Below are positions 51,651-64,000 of a stretch of DNA of 64,000 nt, piece by piece. The DNA comes from Perna viridis (taxonomy: Eukaryota). The notes beneath the pieces were generated by a model. The model did not search any database. It was given only the letters and a program-made list of their open reading frames with translations, and had not been told where the DNA came from. The stretch spans positions 10,664,001-10,728,000 of the forward strand of contig CM074516.1 of the NCBI GenBank assembly GCA_037379345.1. The letters run 5' to 3'. Both the position numbers and the translations under genes were made by a program. The stretch's first letter is position 1. Each line of letters opens with the position of its first letter.

Positions 51651-53820
51651 CTAAGCCAAAGAATCACAAAATGAATTCCAAAAATGCTCTTGATTTTCTG
51701 GATCTGTCGGAAAATCAATATAAACTTCTTCCTGCCTCATTTCCCAAAGATAGTCAGGTATTTCGTTATGTGGAATATCATCTTTTAACACTATTATCAT
51801 CATATTTGTCCCTCGTCTCGATTCCCCGTATTCGGTTATTGACATTCGTACTTCAAACAGGCACCAAGCAGAACGAAGAAAATCTCTTGATAAAATAATG
51901 ATGACTTTCCGGCTCTGGTGAATAGCATTAATAATGTTATCAGCCATATCACATCCTGGAATGAAATCCCGACGATGAATACATACGTTGTATTCACGAT
52001 TCTTTTCTACTTTCTCAATAAAATCTTTACCAATTGATCGATCTTCATCTGCGTATGAAAGGAAAGCATCGAAGCGGTACTTATCAGGATTTATTTGACG
52101 TTAGTATCCCCTACTATGGTGTCGCTTTGACGTTAGTAGCCCCTACTATAGTGTCGCTTTGCTATATAATATCAGTACCTTAGTCGCCAGCGGTTTTTGT
52201 ACAAAATAATTAAAAGAATTACAAACGCTAGAATACAGCATGCTGCCAAAGCAATGATGGCTGTGTATGAGGTACACTTTTTTTCAAAACATCGACTGCA
52301 TCTTTTAGAGAATCGTATTGTTCATTCTTATCTCTGTATAAGGCTGCATATTCAAACAAATTTTGATTTTTTACGATCCAATTTATGAAATATAATGATT
52401 CACGAGTACATTGAAACAAGTTGTTTGCCATATTTATTGTCAAATTTTCAGATAAAATTCTATAGAGTGAATCAATTCCTTGTTTTGATAAAAGCATTAT
52501 CTGATTATCAGACAAGTCTATGTATTTGAGATTTTCCAAAAGAGTTATTGATGCAGTCCAATCAGAAATCTTGTTTTTGTCCAGGTAGAGAAATTGCAGC
52601 TCTTTAAGATGAATAAATATATCGGAATGAAGGGTTGTAATGCTGTTAGACGATAGGATCAGCTTAAAAAATTTGAATTGGGCTGTGAAAAGAGGATCGA
52701 ACGAACTCTGACCAAAAATATGTCCGATTAGATTATATCCTAAGTTCAACTTCTTAAGTAAGATCATGTCGCTAAATGTATGCGATGATAGAAATGAACA
52801 GTGGTTGTTTGATAGATCTAAATGTATAAGTTTAGATACATTACAATGAGGGCCAGTTATGTTATAGAACTCTTTATTGCTCAAAGCAAGGGTCCTTAAG
52901 CTTTGAACCAATAGTATTACCTACATTAGAGTTATTCAAAACTATATGTTTGATGTTTGGAGGTACAAAAACAACCCGGAAATGAACATTCATAGCTTGA
53001 TAACTTGGATATGTACATGACAATGGTATTACAGATGCCTTTTCTGATGCAGATATCATTTCGGCATACCGATTGTTTACTGCATTACATCCTCCAATAC
53101 AACTATCAAGCTGTGTAACACGGTCATTAGTTCCAACTAATCTTCCTCGTTTAACTTCACAATTTATTTCTCCATCAAAAGGTTCACAAAATGGGTATCC
53201 TGAATTATCTACGGATCCTGTTCCTAGATCATAAATATTACAATACGTATATCGACTTCGAACGAAACGATTGTCTCTAACACTTAGGGATTTTAAAGAT
53301 TTCGGCAAATAATGAAAAAATCAGGTTTGCTCAGATGCAATGTTATTTCCATTTAAAAGTAATTTCTTCAATGAAGTATTATACAGACCCTTTAAGTCAT
53401 CACAAAAAATATTTGTTGATATCCCAGCTTCGCATTGTAGACAATTTGCTTCCAACGAGATAATTTTTCTCAAATTAAGATCAGCAGTAACGTTTTGTAA
53501 GCCACAGAATCCAAGTTTACGATTAAATGATAAATTAAGAGAAATAAGATTTTTAAGGACGGAAATTGCATTCCTCTCTATTTAATGTAAAGAGCATTTC
53601 AGTGTATAGTTTTGTGGCCAGAAATGTTCAGTTGACAGGTCAAGCATTTCGATATGTCTAATATACTCGAAAAATGTTTCCTGTATTCTTAACAGTCTGT
53701 GGTGGTTACATCTCTCTTGTATTTTCAGAGACGTCAAATTTGTTAAAGAAGAAAATCCAGGACCAAACGATATATTATACGCAGCATCAATTGATAAATG
53801 ACGAAGTGTTTTCAGACTCT
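51651..53820 (-). pseudogene. 5'-truncated TLR copy 6 (sister of copy 3)
   Basis: ORFs 53582-53845, 52874-53308, 52228-52911 and 51651-51947 are close to copy 3; homology is lost above about 53820. TGG>TGA near 52172, CAA>TAA stops and a 32-bp tandem duplication near 52095-52160. Confidence 0.9.
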
Positions 53821-54129
53821 GAAACCAGAAGTGTATATGTACCACACCTGTGTAGCGTTATTTTAGTGGATCGGAAATGGCCGATGATTTTCATTTGTAA
53901 TAAATATCTGATAGTTACCGGAATTAAACATAATAAATAGCAGTTACATTGAGAAAGGTTAAAAAACTACAATCCTCGTCGGTAAGGATCGCGAATTATT
54001 TGACCAACAACGAACAAGAACAATCCAACATAACGATTGTTTTTTGTTTTGTTTTTTGTATGTAACTTGAAACTTGTAACTTGTATGAACACCCCATTAC
54101 TTAAAACATTTTCAGACAACTATTAACGC

Positions 54130-54302
54130 GAGTGACAGATCCAAGATTTCAGGTTAGGATAAAATGCCGAGCGAAGCGAGTCATAGCAAATTGGGATGTA
54201 GCATTTGTGAAAAATCAAGTTTTTATGCAAACAAAATTATTTTTCACAATTTTAGGGGAATGGGGCGTTCGCCCGGTACTCCAATCCTTAGATCTGCGCC
54301 TG
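54130..54302. mobile_element. Short GC-ended MITE-like repeat
   Basis: cagatccaaga / tagatctgcgcctg ends with an internal cgagcgaagcgag motif. Confidence 0.4.
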
Positions 54303-57300
54303 AATAATATACTCCATACGTGGTGTGTTTAGACTCAATGGACCTATATAAAACTCATAACTTTATTTTATACATAAGTACTAGTATTCAAATTGAGATT
54401 AGCGTGCTAAAATTAAGCGCATTGTTTTATTTTGTTACTCGTATTCAGACACTTTGCATGCAGAAAGATCGAGGTTCAGAAACAAAAAATTTGAATTATT
54501 TCCAGATAATATGTAATGAAGGCAGCTGGGGAATAAAACTAACAAACGTGTATATGAAGTATTTATAGAAAAGTAGCAACTGTAAATGAAATGAATATCT
54601 TAAAAGAAAATAATGTACAAAAAGCATTGCCAAATCGAATGGCATAACTTAAAATAGAGTTAGCCTTTGAAAACGTCATTGAACATTCATTTTGTGTTGT
54701 TTCTCAATATCCACAGTCTCAAGATATGATGTGGAGCGATTTCCTTGCCATTGAACGTTTAAAAAGTGAAGCAAGTCAATTTACTATCAGTGGCATTGTA
54801 CATTCTGCATATACATGTAGTCATTGAAAGGGACAAAATATCCTGTGCTTCATAAAAAAGTGCCATACTCCATACTTTCACATAATCAATTAACTACATT
54901 TTTTTAAAAATATGACACTTATCTAAAACTTTAAAGTTTGAAAATTATATGTATACATGTATAAAACGTACTGAAGCCTGTATGCATTCGAACGACATTT
55001 GGGGTGATCATTCAACTAATTTTAGACTATAACTGAATAGCTGGAACTTACAATATATATTTTACATTTACTGTTGAAATTGCGGAGTCTGAAGGGGGTT
55101 GCGGTTTTGGAAACACCTTTTTTATTGGAAAAGTTTGCCAATTTTATACATAATTTTGAAAAAAAAACTAGTTGTTAATAGCCATGTATCCCGATTATTT
55201 TCCGGTCCAACCTCCCTTTTTTAATCCCTGTCGCATGTATCTGTTTATCAGAAGTTATGCAGAGAATATCTATACTAGTAAAGGAAGAGACAGATTTCTA
55301 TGAGCCGCATCTCCTCTGAAGCCATACAAGGTCAAATACATTTGTGGTATGGGATATACATGTAATGTTGTGTACTTCCTAAATTTGTCTTTGAAACAAG
55401 CTCTTTTTTTTACGGAAAACGCGGAGTTTTTGGAAAATATCCAAATTTGGAGACCGTCATTGGTCCGTGTGTTATAATACGTTTTCACGCATTCTCAATC
55501 GACTTTCTGTCCAGATCATGTGTACATGTGATTCACGAGTATTTTACGTTCATTATTTATCTTAATTAAACGACATCCACCATTTGTCTGAAGTGCAACA
55601 CTGTCTAGATATGGAAAGGCGTAGAATCTTCCCCCTTCTTCGTGTATACATCTGCGCCAGAAGTCCGGAACCCTCCCTTTTTTTAATAAAAACTGGCATG
55701 ACTGGTAAAAAATAGAACAAAAGAAAAACAAAACAGGCGACTGGATCATCAATCACAAACAAACAGCAAATGACATTTCACACATTCAGAATGACTTAAA
55801 CAATGTAGTACCAAGTCTAAAAAGCTTACACTACACATGTAGAACTTTGTCCTTCTTTTATTCCATTGTACATGTTGTATGATACAAAATGCACAGTTCG
55901 GATAGTGTGAATGAAGCCTAAACTTTTTATTATGCATACAAATTCGGTTGAGTTTCTGTCTGTTTGTTCGTTGTATTAGGGTCTTTAACAATGAAAAAAC
56001 GTTAACACCCTCAAACCAGACCAAGAAAGACCCCTATAACGTACACTTAAGCAGAATTTTTTATAAAATAAAAATCAAGGTAATTCTGTTGCTGCCCACT
56101 GGCCATGGAGCCAAAACTTTGGCGGAGCCTCAGGATAACCAGTGCTAATAGCACCAGGGTTACGGGTAGAGACTGCTAATCTTGAATTAATCGATCACTG
56201 CAAAAATACGTCATTGATGCAACGCATGTTTGGAGCAGTCAGATTGTTTATTGCAATTGTATTTTAATGGAGTTGGGTTTTTCTTTCCCTCAACGGGTTA
56301 TATCAACTTTTAAAGTCTTCTCCCTGCGTTTGTCGGTTTCGTCATCGTCGTCGTAAAACATCAATTCCTCCCATACCCCTGGAAACAATAAACTGAAGAA
56401 AGCGCATTGGCATGAGGATATGAAATTTTGCTTAGTGATGCACAATTTAACATCTGGGGAGGGGAAGGGGCTTGTTTGTTTTCTTTGGTTGTTAAAAATA
56501 TTTCGATCTTGACTTTGGAGAAAAGATAGCTTGGTAAGGAATAGTTAAAAAATAAAAAAGATAATGTGAATTAAAAAATAAATAAACAATTTGCTTACAT
56601 GCGTTAGAAAAGTACATATTAATTAAAATTAATCTGAGTCAAGGAAAAATTGCTGAAAGGTTAAATGGTCAACTCCCCTTAAACCACTAAACCAATTTGA
56701 AGAAAAATACTGTACACAATTGATGTATATTAGATGATCGTAAATCATTCGCCCATTTTGTTTTGATTCGTCAAATTAGTACTGTGTCCACACTTAGCTC
56801 AATCGACTGCGATTTCGCGGGTATCCTCTAGTGAAATTTAAAACGTTGTGTTAATATTGTTGATATCCAATAATGATATTAACTGTGAAACACATATGAA
56901 TGATTCCACGATTATCATCTGCCCTGATTATAAATAAGTTGTCCCGTCCTTCATGGCCTGTCGCCTAAGCTACAGTAAGGGAGATTAGTTGAGTCACGTA
57001 CGTTTACGGCGAGTTTCGTCATTAGTGGAAATATATACTGAGAGTAAAACTTTTCCCAATATACGGAATTGCCAAATTAATTGCCAAATTAATTTAATAT
57101 ACGATTTTCTTTGTTGATTTTAAACCTATAGCTTAACTCCCTGCCAATCTTTAAGGACACTGCTTTTTGATATCAAACTTCAAAACCTAGTTTCGCTCAT
57201 TAGTTTGTTTTTTTTATAGTTTACATAAAATGAAGACTTGTTGGGTATTTCTGTAAAAGCAAAGGACGCCTAAATACTCGATACACATTGTTTATAATCC

Positions 57301-57729
57301 TAGTCTATCTTAATATATTTCGGTTAGGTCATTTTGTTTCTGCGTTAATATTTTTAATGATGTGTTGTCTGTTGTTCTTGGTCTTTGTTCCTGATTTTTA
57401 AATATGTTCTAATCGTTGTCTTTTAACTCTTAATTAAAACAGCATTCCCATTTCTCATTTACATATCTATAAATGCAGAAATATATTCATAACCGATTCG
57501 CTTTAGGAGTTGATAAATTCGGTTTTCACAGATTCATTATGAAAATAAATATGATATGAATGGACTCATACATTTTTTTAAGCGAACAAACTGTTATTGT
57601 ATCTTTATATGTAAATCAAATAATGATCAAGTACCAATCCATCTGATGATCATGCTATATGTGAAACCTGAAGGACAGATACTCATAAAATGTACGTGAT
57701 TGAATCTTTTTTTTTCAACTACCTGGGTG

Positions 57730-57970
57730 GTTTCGGTGAAGCGTATTTGTCATCTCAAGTGTGGGAGTTTGTGGATTTGATCTTTCCCAAGTGACACCAA
57801 ATACTTTAGAATAGGTAGACACTTCTTCTACGCTTTTCACGTGGTATTAAGAATATAGATAGACGACTGGTTGGCTCAGAATAAAAATGATGCGTCCAAG
57901 TAGGTTAGCGTGCATAACGGAAGGCTATTGCTTCTGTGGGCTAGCATAATAAAAATCCAGCTAATCATGT
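57730..57970 (+). mobile_element. Decayed tRNA-headed V-domain-like bivalve SINE
   Basis: Recognised from memory of bivalve SINE cores: gactggttggctcagaat..gtccaagt..gctagcataataaaaatccagctaa. The head is degenerate. Confidence 0.55.
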
Positions 57971-59031
57971 CGAATTTATGGTTTGCCCGATCGGTCTAAT
58001 GCTGTTGTCCTGAGATGCGTGAAATATCTTCTTTAAGGTAACTTTATAGAGTGTTGAAATAGCCAAATACAATTGGTTGTTATTGTTTAGTTTGGCTACA
58101 TCACTACTGTTAATTGATGTAAACACGACTTTCTTAAGTTTGTTAGCAAAACAAAGTATGCATTCCCGAAACTATTAGCTGCTTATTTATTATTTAAAAT
58201 GCATCCGAACATAAATCACGCTTTATTTGTCTCCTCTTTTAATAATCAGTGACACAAAACATGGGTCTATTTGTAAGTATAAAACAGAAGGTGGTAAACA
58301 AATGATATAAGTTAGAAAGAAGCGAGAAAGATCTAACAGATGTATATTGAGTGTGTACAAATATTATACATTCTAATATGTTTAGGCATGTCTAACATCA
58401 GGATATGTGAGGTATGATTGGTTTTGAAAGAAAATATATCCACACAATCTGTGGGTCATGATCGGTTTTGATAGAAAATCTAACATCAGCATCTGTGAAG
58501 TAAGATTAATTTTGGTAAACAATCTAACATTAGCAAATTCATATTGAGTTTTTTTTTAAAGAATATACAGGCATATAGCATACACATCAACATCCTAACA
58601 TGATAGTAACTGTATTTCCTATTGTGTTTGCGACAGTGAAAAAATAAATCCTGCATAAAATTGTGTGGAAACTTTACATGAAAATGTTAATCATAACACA
58701 ATAAAACCAATATGAATCAAATAGATGTTTGTAACAACTTCATCCGTTTTCAGGATAAAAACATTCAATTTTAACAATGAATATTGAACTACGTAAGTTT
58801 GAGAAGTAAATTTGTTTAAAAACTATTTTATTTACTTAATGTTTGTAATATTGATATAAAGGTGAACTAATGCATATCCATTAAAACATTGTTTGTTAAA
58901 TGAAATAAAATGCAAAGTGCATTTATCTAAGGAAATATTGTCCCTTTATTCTAAATATGGCATCAAATGTTCTCTGTATTTAATTAACTGAAATCTTATT
59001 TTATGGTTTTAACAGGATTTTTTTTAGAGGA

Positions 59032-62000
59032 ATGGAAACAATATTTTACTTGATCCTTATTTCATGTAAGTTAACGTAAAATTCGGTCTTACATGTATAA
59101 TATATTTATTACCAGTCCATAAGGTAAGGTAATTCATGTTGTAGAAAAACCAAAGGATTAGACGATACTTTGTAGGCCTTTATATGCTCTATGTTTATGT
59201 TGTAATAGTTTAGATATTTAGATCTGTATATTTGAGAAAATTACACTTTAATCCCCCGTAAAACCAACCAAATCAAACCAAATCATGAACGATAACTCTT
59301 GTAAAGTGCATAATTCATGTAAAAAGTGTTAACCCTTAAATGAAAATCTAAGACTGGTAATACGATCTATAACGGTTGCTGAACAAGAAATAAAACATGT
59401 TTAATCGAATCCCTTTTTGAGTGATTAATGTGTTCGGTTAGGGAAGTGATTCGGTTTACACAAGTTTAAAAATGACTCAAATTGATATGAATGGACAACG
59501 AAGATGTCTGATTAAGTCGGTCTTTTCTGACATTTAAGTGCTCTGTCCATCCATAAAAGATTGCAAAAAAAAAACAAAGAAAGAAAGGTGACTGTTAAAG
59601 GCGAGTAGGGACATCTCCCCTTCTTAAGCTTAAACTACTAAAATTGTTTCCCCAAGCCGATATAGATTTATGAAGTGTACACCTCAGGAACTCTTGAAAA
59701 AAAAAATACGGATATCCAAGTATCATTAATATTAGAAATAGGTTGGTTTCGATTTATAATTCCAAATATATTCTGCAATGCTGAACTTTAATCTGAAACG
59801 CCGATTGTGAAAACTATTCCATCTTATTTCCGATGTAAGTCATAAGTAAAGCTCTATGAACTTAGTGTTCCATTCCCCTTTATTTTATCTTTCATATGAT
59901 CCTTACTGTAATCAAAAGCGTTTGCGTACAAAGATGAGGAAGCATAATTTTCAAGAATATTTTCTGTCTTACTATAAAACTGAAAAAGAAAGTTAGATTG
60001 TTGTATTGTTGTTTCCTGCTGGACATTCGTTTCAACACTGACATAGCGATTCTCTTTTCTCTATGCCATGATCTTCTCTCCTTTTGTTTTGTCAGCTACA
60101 GTCAAAAATATTTTCTTGTGCAGTTCTACAATGCTGTTTTTTTTTTTTTTGGGGGGGGGGAAGTCTGACTACGCGTCCTCTTCTGTTTGAACATCTCGTT
60201 GTATTGTAATTCAAATAAAATCAAACGTTAACTTGCAAGTATCGATGTATTATGTCAAATCAAGAATCACAAATGTGTATCCTATCGACAAAAATATCAC
60301 ATTTATCAATTATCAACAGAGAAAGATGTTTCAAGTGTAAATGATTGTTGGTAAGTTAGAAAGTGAATCGGAGTTCAGTTAGGAGAATTAAAGCATGTGA
60401 CGATGTTTGATCAGAAAAATACGGGAATGCTCATCAGTTGTATGAAAGCATCTTATTAGTTATTTCTTATAGTCGGTATTATTGTGCTATAATGTAATTT
60501 ATATTAAAATATTATTTATGGTAGTGAAGTCGCATGCTGCCTTTCACTTTATTACACTCTCTTCGAGGCTGTATTCTGTTTCTTCTTCTGTATCTGACCA
60601 CGTGTTAATATTTCTTTTCTTTTTTAAGGTATTGTACGACCAATAATATCAAATGGTAATTTTCAAAATTTTAACAAGTATTATAACAGTCTTTCATAAT
60701 ATGTGTATTAAATATACTTAACAAAATATTCTTTGTCTTTTCATTTTTCGTTTTATTTAATTTTATTCATTTATTTATTACTTCTTTGTTGTGGATTTGG
60801 ATATTTGTTTGTTGTTTTCGTCTCTGTTTTGATGTTTTAAAAAGTGCCAAAAAATTAGTGTGTATACTGAAAATTATATTAAAAATTCGCTAATTTTTTA
60901 TTAGGTGGATACTGTCACGCATTCCGACGACCATCTTTTGTCAGTGACTGGTTTCAGGTCAAAGTTGGTGATAAGCAATTGATAATAAACCATGGACTTG
61001 GTGTTTACCCTGTCAAAGTTGATGTGCAAATTTTAGTGACACAAGGTGAGGTTGACTACGTATTTTCAGCAACCGGAGCGGCGCAAAGGGACAATGATGC
61101 CGACTATACCTTTGGTGGAGTCGTTTACATATACAATAGATATAACGTAAAGATTTACCTACCTAATGCGAACCAAAGTGGAATTGCTTACTCGGGTACT
61201 TTTTTTATATTTTGTAGAGTCATATCTACTACATGTACATGTACCAATGTCATGTTACTTAATTATTCACAAAATGTGGCCTTGCTTACCAATATAAAAA
61301 GACAAGATTATTGGAAAAAGTCAATTTGTAAACAGATAGCAATTTGTTTTTAAAAAGGTGCAAACTGAATGATCTACTGTGCAAAAATACATTGCAAATA
61401 AAAGCTGTTGGTAATAACAAACCAAGTACATCATAAACATGGTTTTTAAACATTTTGTTTCATTGTATTTATATGAATAAATTAAATACTAAACCTAATA
61501 AGGTATTACATTGCTTGATTTGGTGTACAAGTGTTTCATTGTGTGACATCAGAACAAAACAGAGGACGTCAAAATTTTTTTTAAAAATTTAGAAAAGTTT
61601 GATTAGCTGTATTTGCAGTATGCAATACGTTGTAGGATCGTCGCCATTTTACAAAGGAGGGTCAGCATTATTTTCAACATCTGGGAAAGTAAGAGTGCGG
61701 ATCTGGACATCGTGCGATTTACCACAGCCTTCTTTCAGTGGTTCGGTAAAAATGAATGGTAAGGATTATTACATCCATTGTTTTATCAAGATTATACCAT
61801 TTCATTTGTCGAGTGGAACATGAAATATCAATCATTCACAGCACGTGAGCTAGTAATCAATAACAAACAAGTATAGCAGAAGCGTATCGCACATGACAGT
61901 ACTACGAATAGTCATAGATAAAGACTAACTTACTTGTGCTGATTTTATATCTCAAATATAGCTCTGGTTAAAACATATGTGTTTGAACAAACTTTCTTGT

Positions 62001-62740
62001 AAAGTTAAAGTTTATCATGCAAGAGTAATCAAGGGAACCAAGGTTATAGCGGTATTCAAAAGAATGTTATCCAGGGACAAAGGCCAGAAATTGAAAACAT
62101 ACATACACAACAAAGAACATAAATTTACTAAAATCAAGTACAAAGTAACAAAAGCAAATGAGCAACTCCACTAAAAACTGGTAGCATGGGCCAGGTAAGG
62201 TAAGCGTTCCCTGCTTTTCTAGAAACACCGATATAACGATACCGAAAGAAGTTCAGTATTTTGCCAATTATCATAACCTATTGAAATGTTCAAATACTCA
62301 TAGTCAGGGAAACGAACAAATAGAGATTAAAATTTTTACGTTGATTGTCATTAAAAAAATTCTTTTGTAGAGCTGTTATGAAAACGAAATATTTTTGATA
62401 TCTGCTTTTGCTCATTGCAGATCACGACACATATGTAACAAGTCGCTTCCCTCATTTCTCGTACCCTAATCGTAATTTTTAGTGCTTTTATTTAAATCCA
62501 TATTTATTATCAAAATGTAATCAATTTAAACAGAGGTAAGTATGGAAGTTTGAATAAGTTAAAGTTTCATTTGAAATAAATCTAAAAACAAAATAAATCT
62601 AAAATAATACTTTATGATGCATGGCTTTATTCTAGTCTACAATGCATCATTCAGAGAATTGGTGCATAATCTTCAAGAAACACCAGATATGGTAACTGTT
62701 CGTGCTCTGCTTGGAGACGGCTATATGTCAGATGCACAAG
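59032..62740 (+). CDS. 5' part of a multi-exon gene for a putatively secreted repeat-domain protein (apparently continues beyond the last exon found)
   Basis: Exons 59032-59065 (METIFYLILIS), 60629-60655, 60905-61195, 61636-61758 and 62636-62740. All have AG/GT boundaries and phase-1 introns and give an open spliced frame. Repeated P.F.S..H.L...P..V.V..AQ pattern. Likely 5' UTR exon at 58754-58792. Confidence 0.8.
62020..62230 (-). mobile_element. Penelope-like 3' terminal fragment (intronic)
   Basis: Matches 22820-23045 (ggaaccaaggttatagcggta..ccagggacaaa..ggtaagcgt..tgcttttctagaaacacc). Confidence 0.75.
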
Positions 62741-64000
62741 GTAAATGAGGAAATATAAAAATTATCGAATTCATAATAACCAACCAGGAAAGAAAATATT
62801 AAATATATAAACTTACACAAATCAAGCATAAAACCGGATGTTTATGACAAGGTGGCGCTGCCTTTGTAGTGTGCATTTGTGGGAAAAAATAATAAATTGG
62901 AAAAAAAATCTATTAGTCTATAGATTATATCAAGAGATGACTGCTGGTGTCTAATTCAAGAAATATGTTTTAAAAGAGACAGAAGTTGCCGTTTAGGTAC
63001 TCTCATTACATGCAATTTCTAGTTCTAAATAATATGTAAACAGGATCTGGTTCAACCCATCATGTATTCTGAAATGCATGTTACCAAGTCAGGACCATTG
63101 CAGTGGTTTTCTAACATTCGGATTTTTGCTCTTATATTGCCATTTGCTATAAAGAATTTTCTCTTTAACTATTCCTTTTGACTACTGCATAGATTAAATC
63201 ACTTTCGTAATTTTGTTATTATCATTCATGTAACAGATTTCGGATTATTGATTGAAGAACTTCTTCAGTATATCTGTATGTGAAATTCAAATACCTTGTT
63301 TCATGATTTTTTTGTTGTCTTTCAAAAGACTCAGAGAGAATTCCGACTCATAAGAGTAAAATAATTTTATCATAATAATCCTTTCTTTCATTTAACTATG
63401 TCTGGAGGCCCGAAATTATAAGATAATGTTATTTAGCTTTGTCATAAGACTATTTGGTTGGTTTTCCTTGACGTCATTGAACTTTTGTACCCACGACTCA
63501 ACTTATCAAAAGCTGTATAAAGTTGATATTAAAGAACAATCATTTCTACTGAAGAAATACAAAAGAACGACAATTGACATTTCTTTTAATGATTTAATTT
63601 AGTAGAAATCTTTGTTAGAAGTGCGAAATTCTCTAAAGAGCACAATAAATAACATGTTACCCGAACTATTATGATATGTTATTTAATCATCTGATGGTTT
63701 GTTTTATTTTATTTATTTTAAATTTTATATTGTACTTTTTATGGTGAATTAAACAATATTGAATTCATTATAGGATTAAACACGTTTTTTTCCAGATTTT
63801 ATGGATCTGTAAAATCAGACAATGCACTTACAAAACATTTTTTTTAATTCTTATATTTTTCTTACCCCTAACCATCTGAAATATATTAATAGTTTTTTAA
63901 TTCAGTGAAATTGCCACCCTAAATTAACATTGCAAATGGCGGCCATGAACGGACAACGTGATATGGTTGTCAATTTTAATATTCAAAATATTTAAGGGCT

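Noticed and set aside
5846-53820. Assigning vertebrate-style symbols (TLR4, TLR13 etc.) or a bacterial TIR defence system
   Set aside because: These are lineage-specific animal LRR-TM-TIR paralogs; orthology cannot be supported from the sequence alone.

Overview
AT-rich, intron-containing eukaryotic DNA. The repeat content (Penelope-like RT fragments, V-domain-like SINE, Helentron-type and MITE repeats) points to a bivalve mollusc; this is inference, not a search result. The window is dominated by a tandem cluster of seven single-coding-exon Toll-like receptor (LRR-TM-TIR) copies undergoing birth and death. The copy at 29055-31746 is intact apart from one extra base in a T7 run. Three full-length copies (5846-8477, 12472-15130, 45739-48392) carry real nonsense or indel lesions, and three are truncated (25150-25408, inverted 42601-44222, 51651-53820). 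An ~8.3 kb unit (9430-17750) is tandemly duplicated (17750-28850). The second unit lost most of its TLR, gained a TSD-flanked 510-bp retroposon with a highly structured non-tRNA head, and contains a six-exon Lys-rich coiled-coil pseudogene. The receptors share a variable, Cys-bracketed non-LRR island, usually with an RG(K)R basic motif, reminiscent of the cleaved Z-loop of vertebrate TLR7/8/9. At the right end a multi-exon gene for a putatively secreted repeat-domain protein starts on the + strand, oriented away from the cluster. All alignments were done by eye, so repeat boundaries are approximate.
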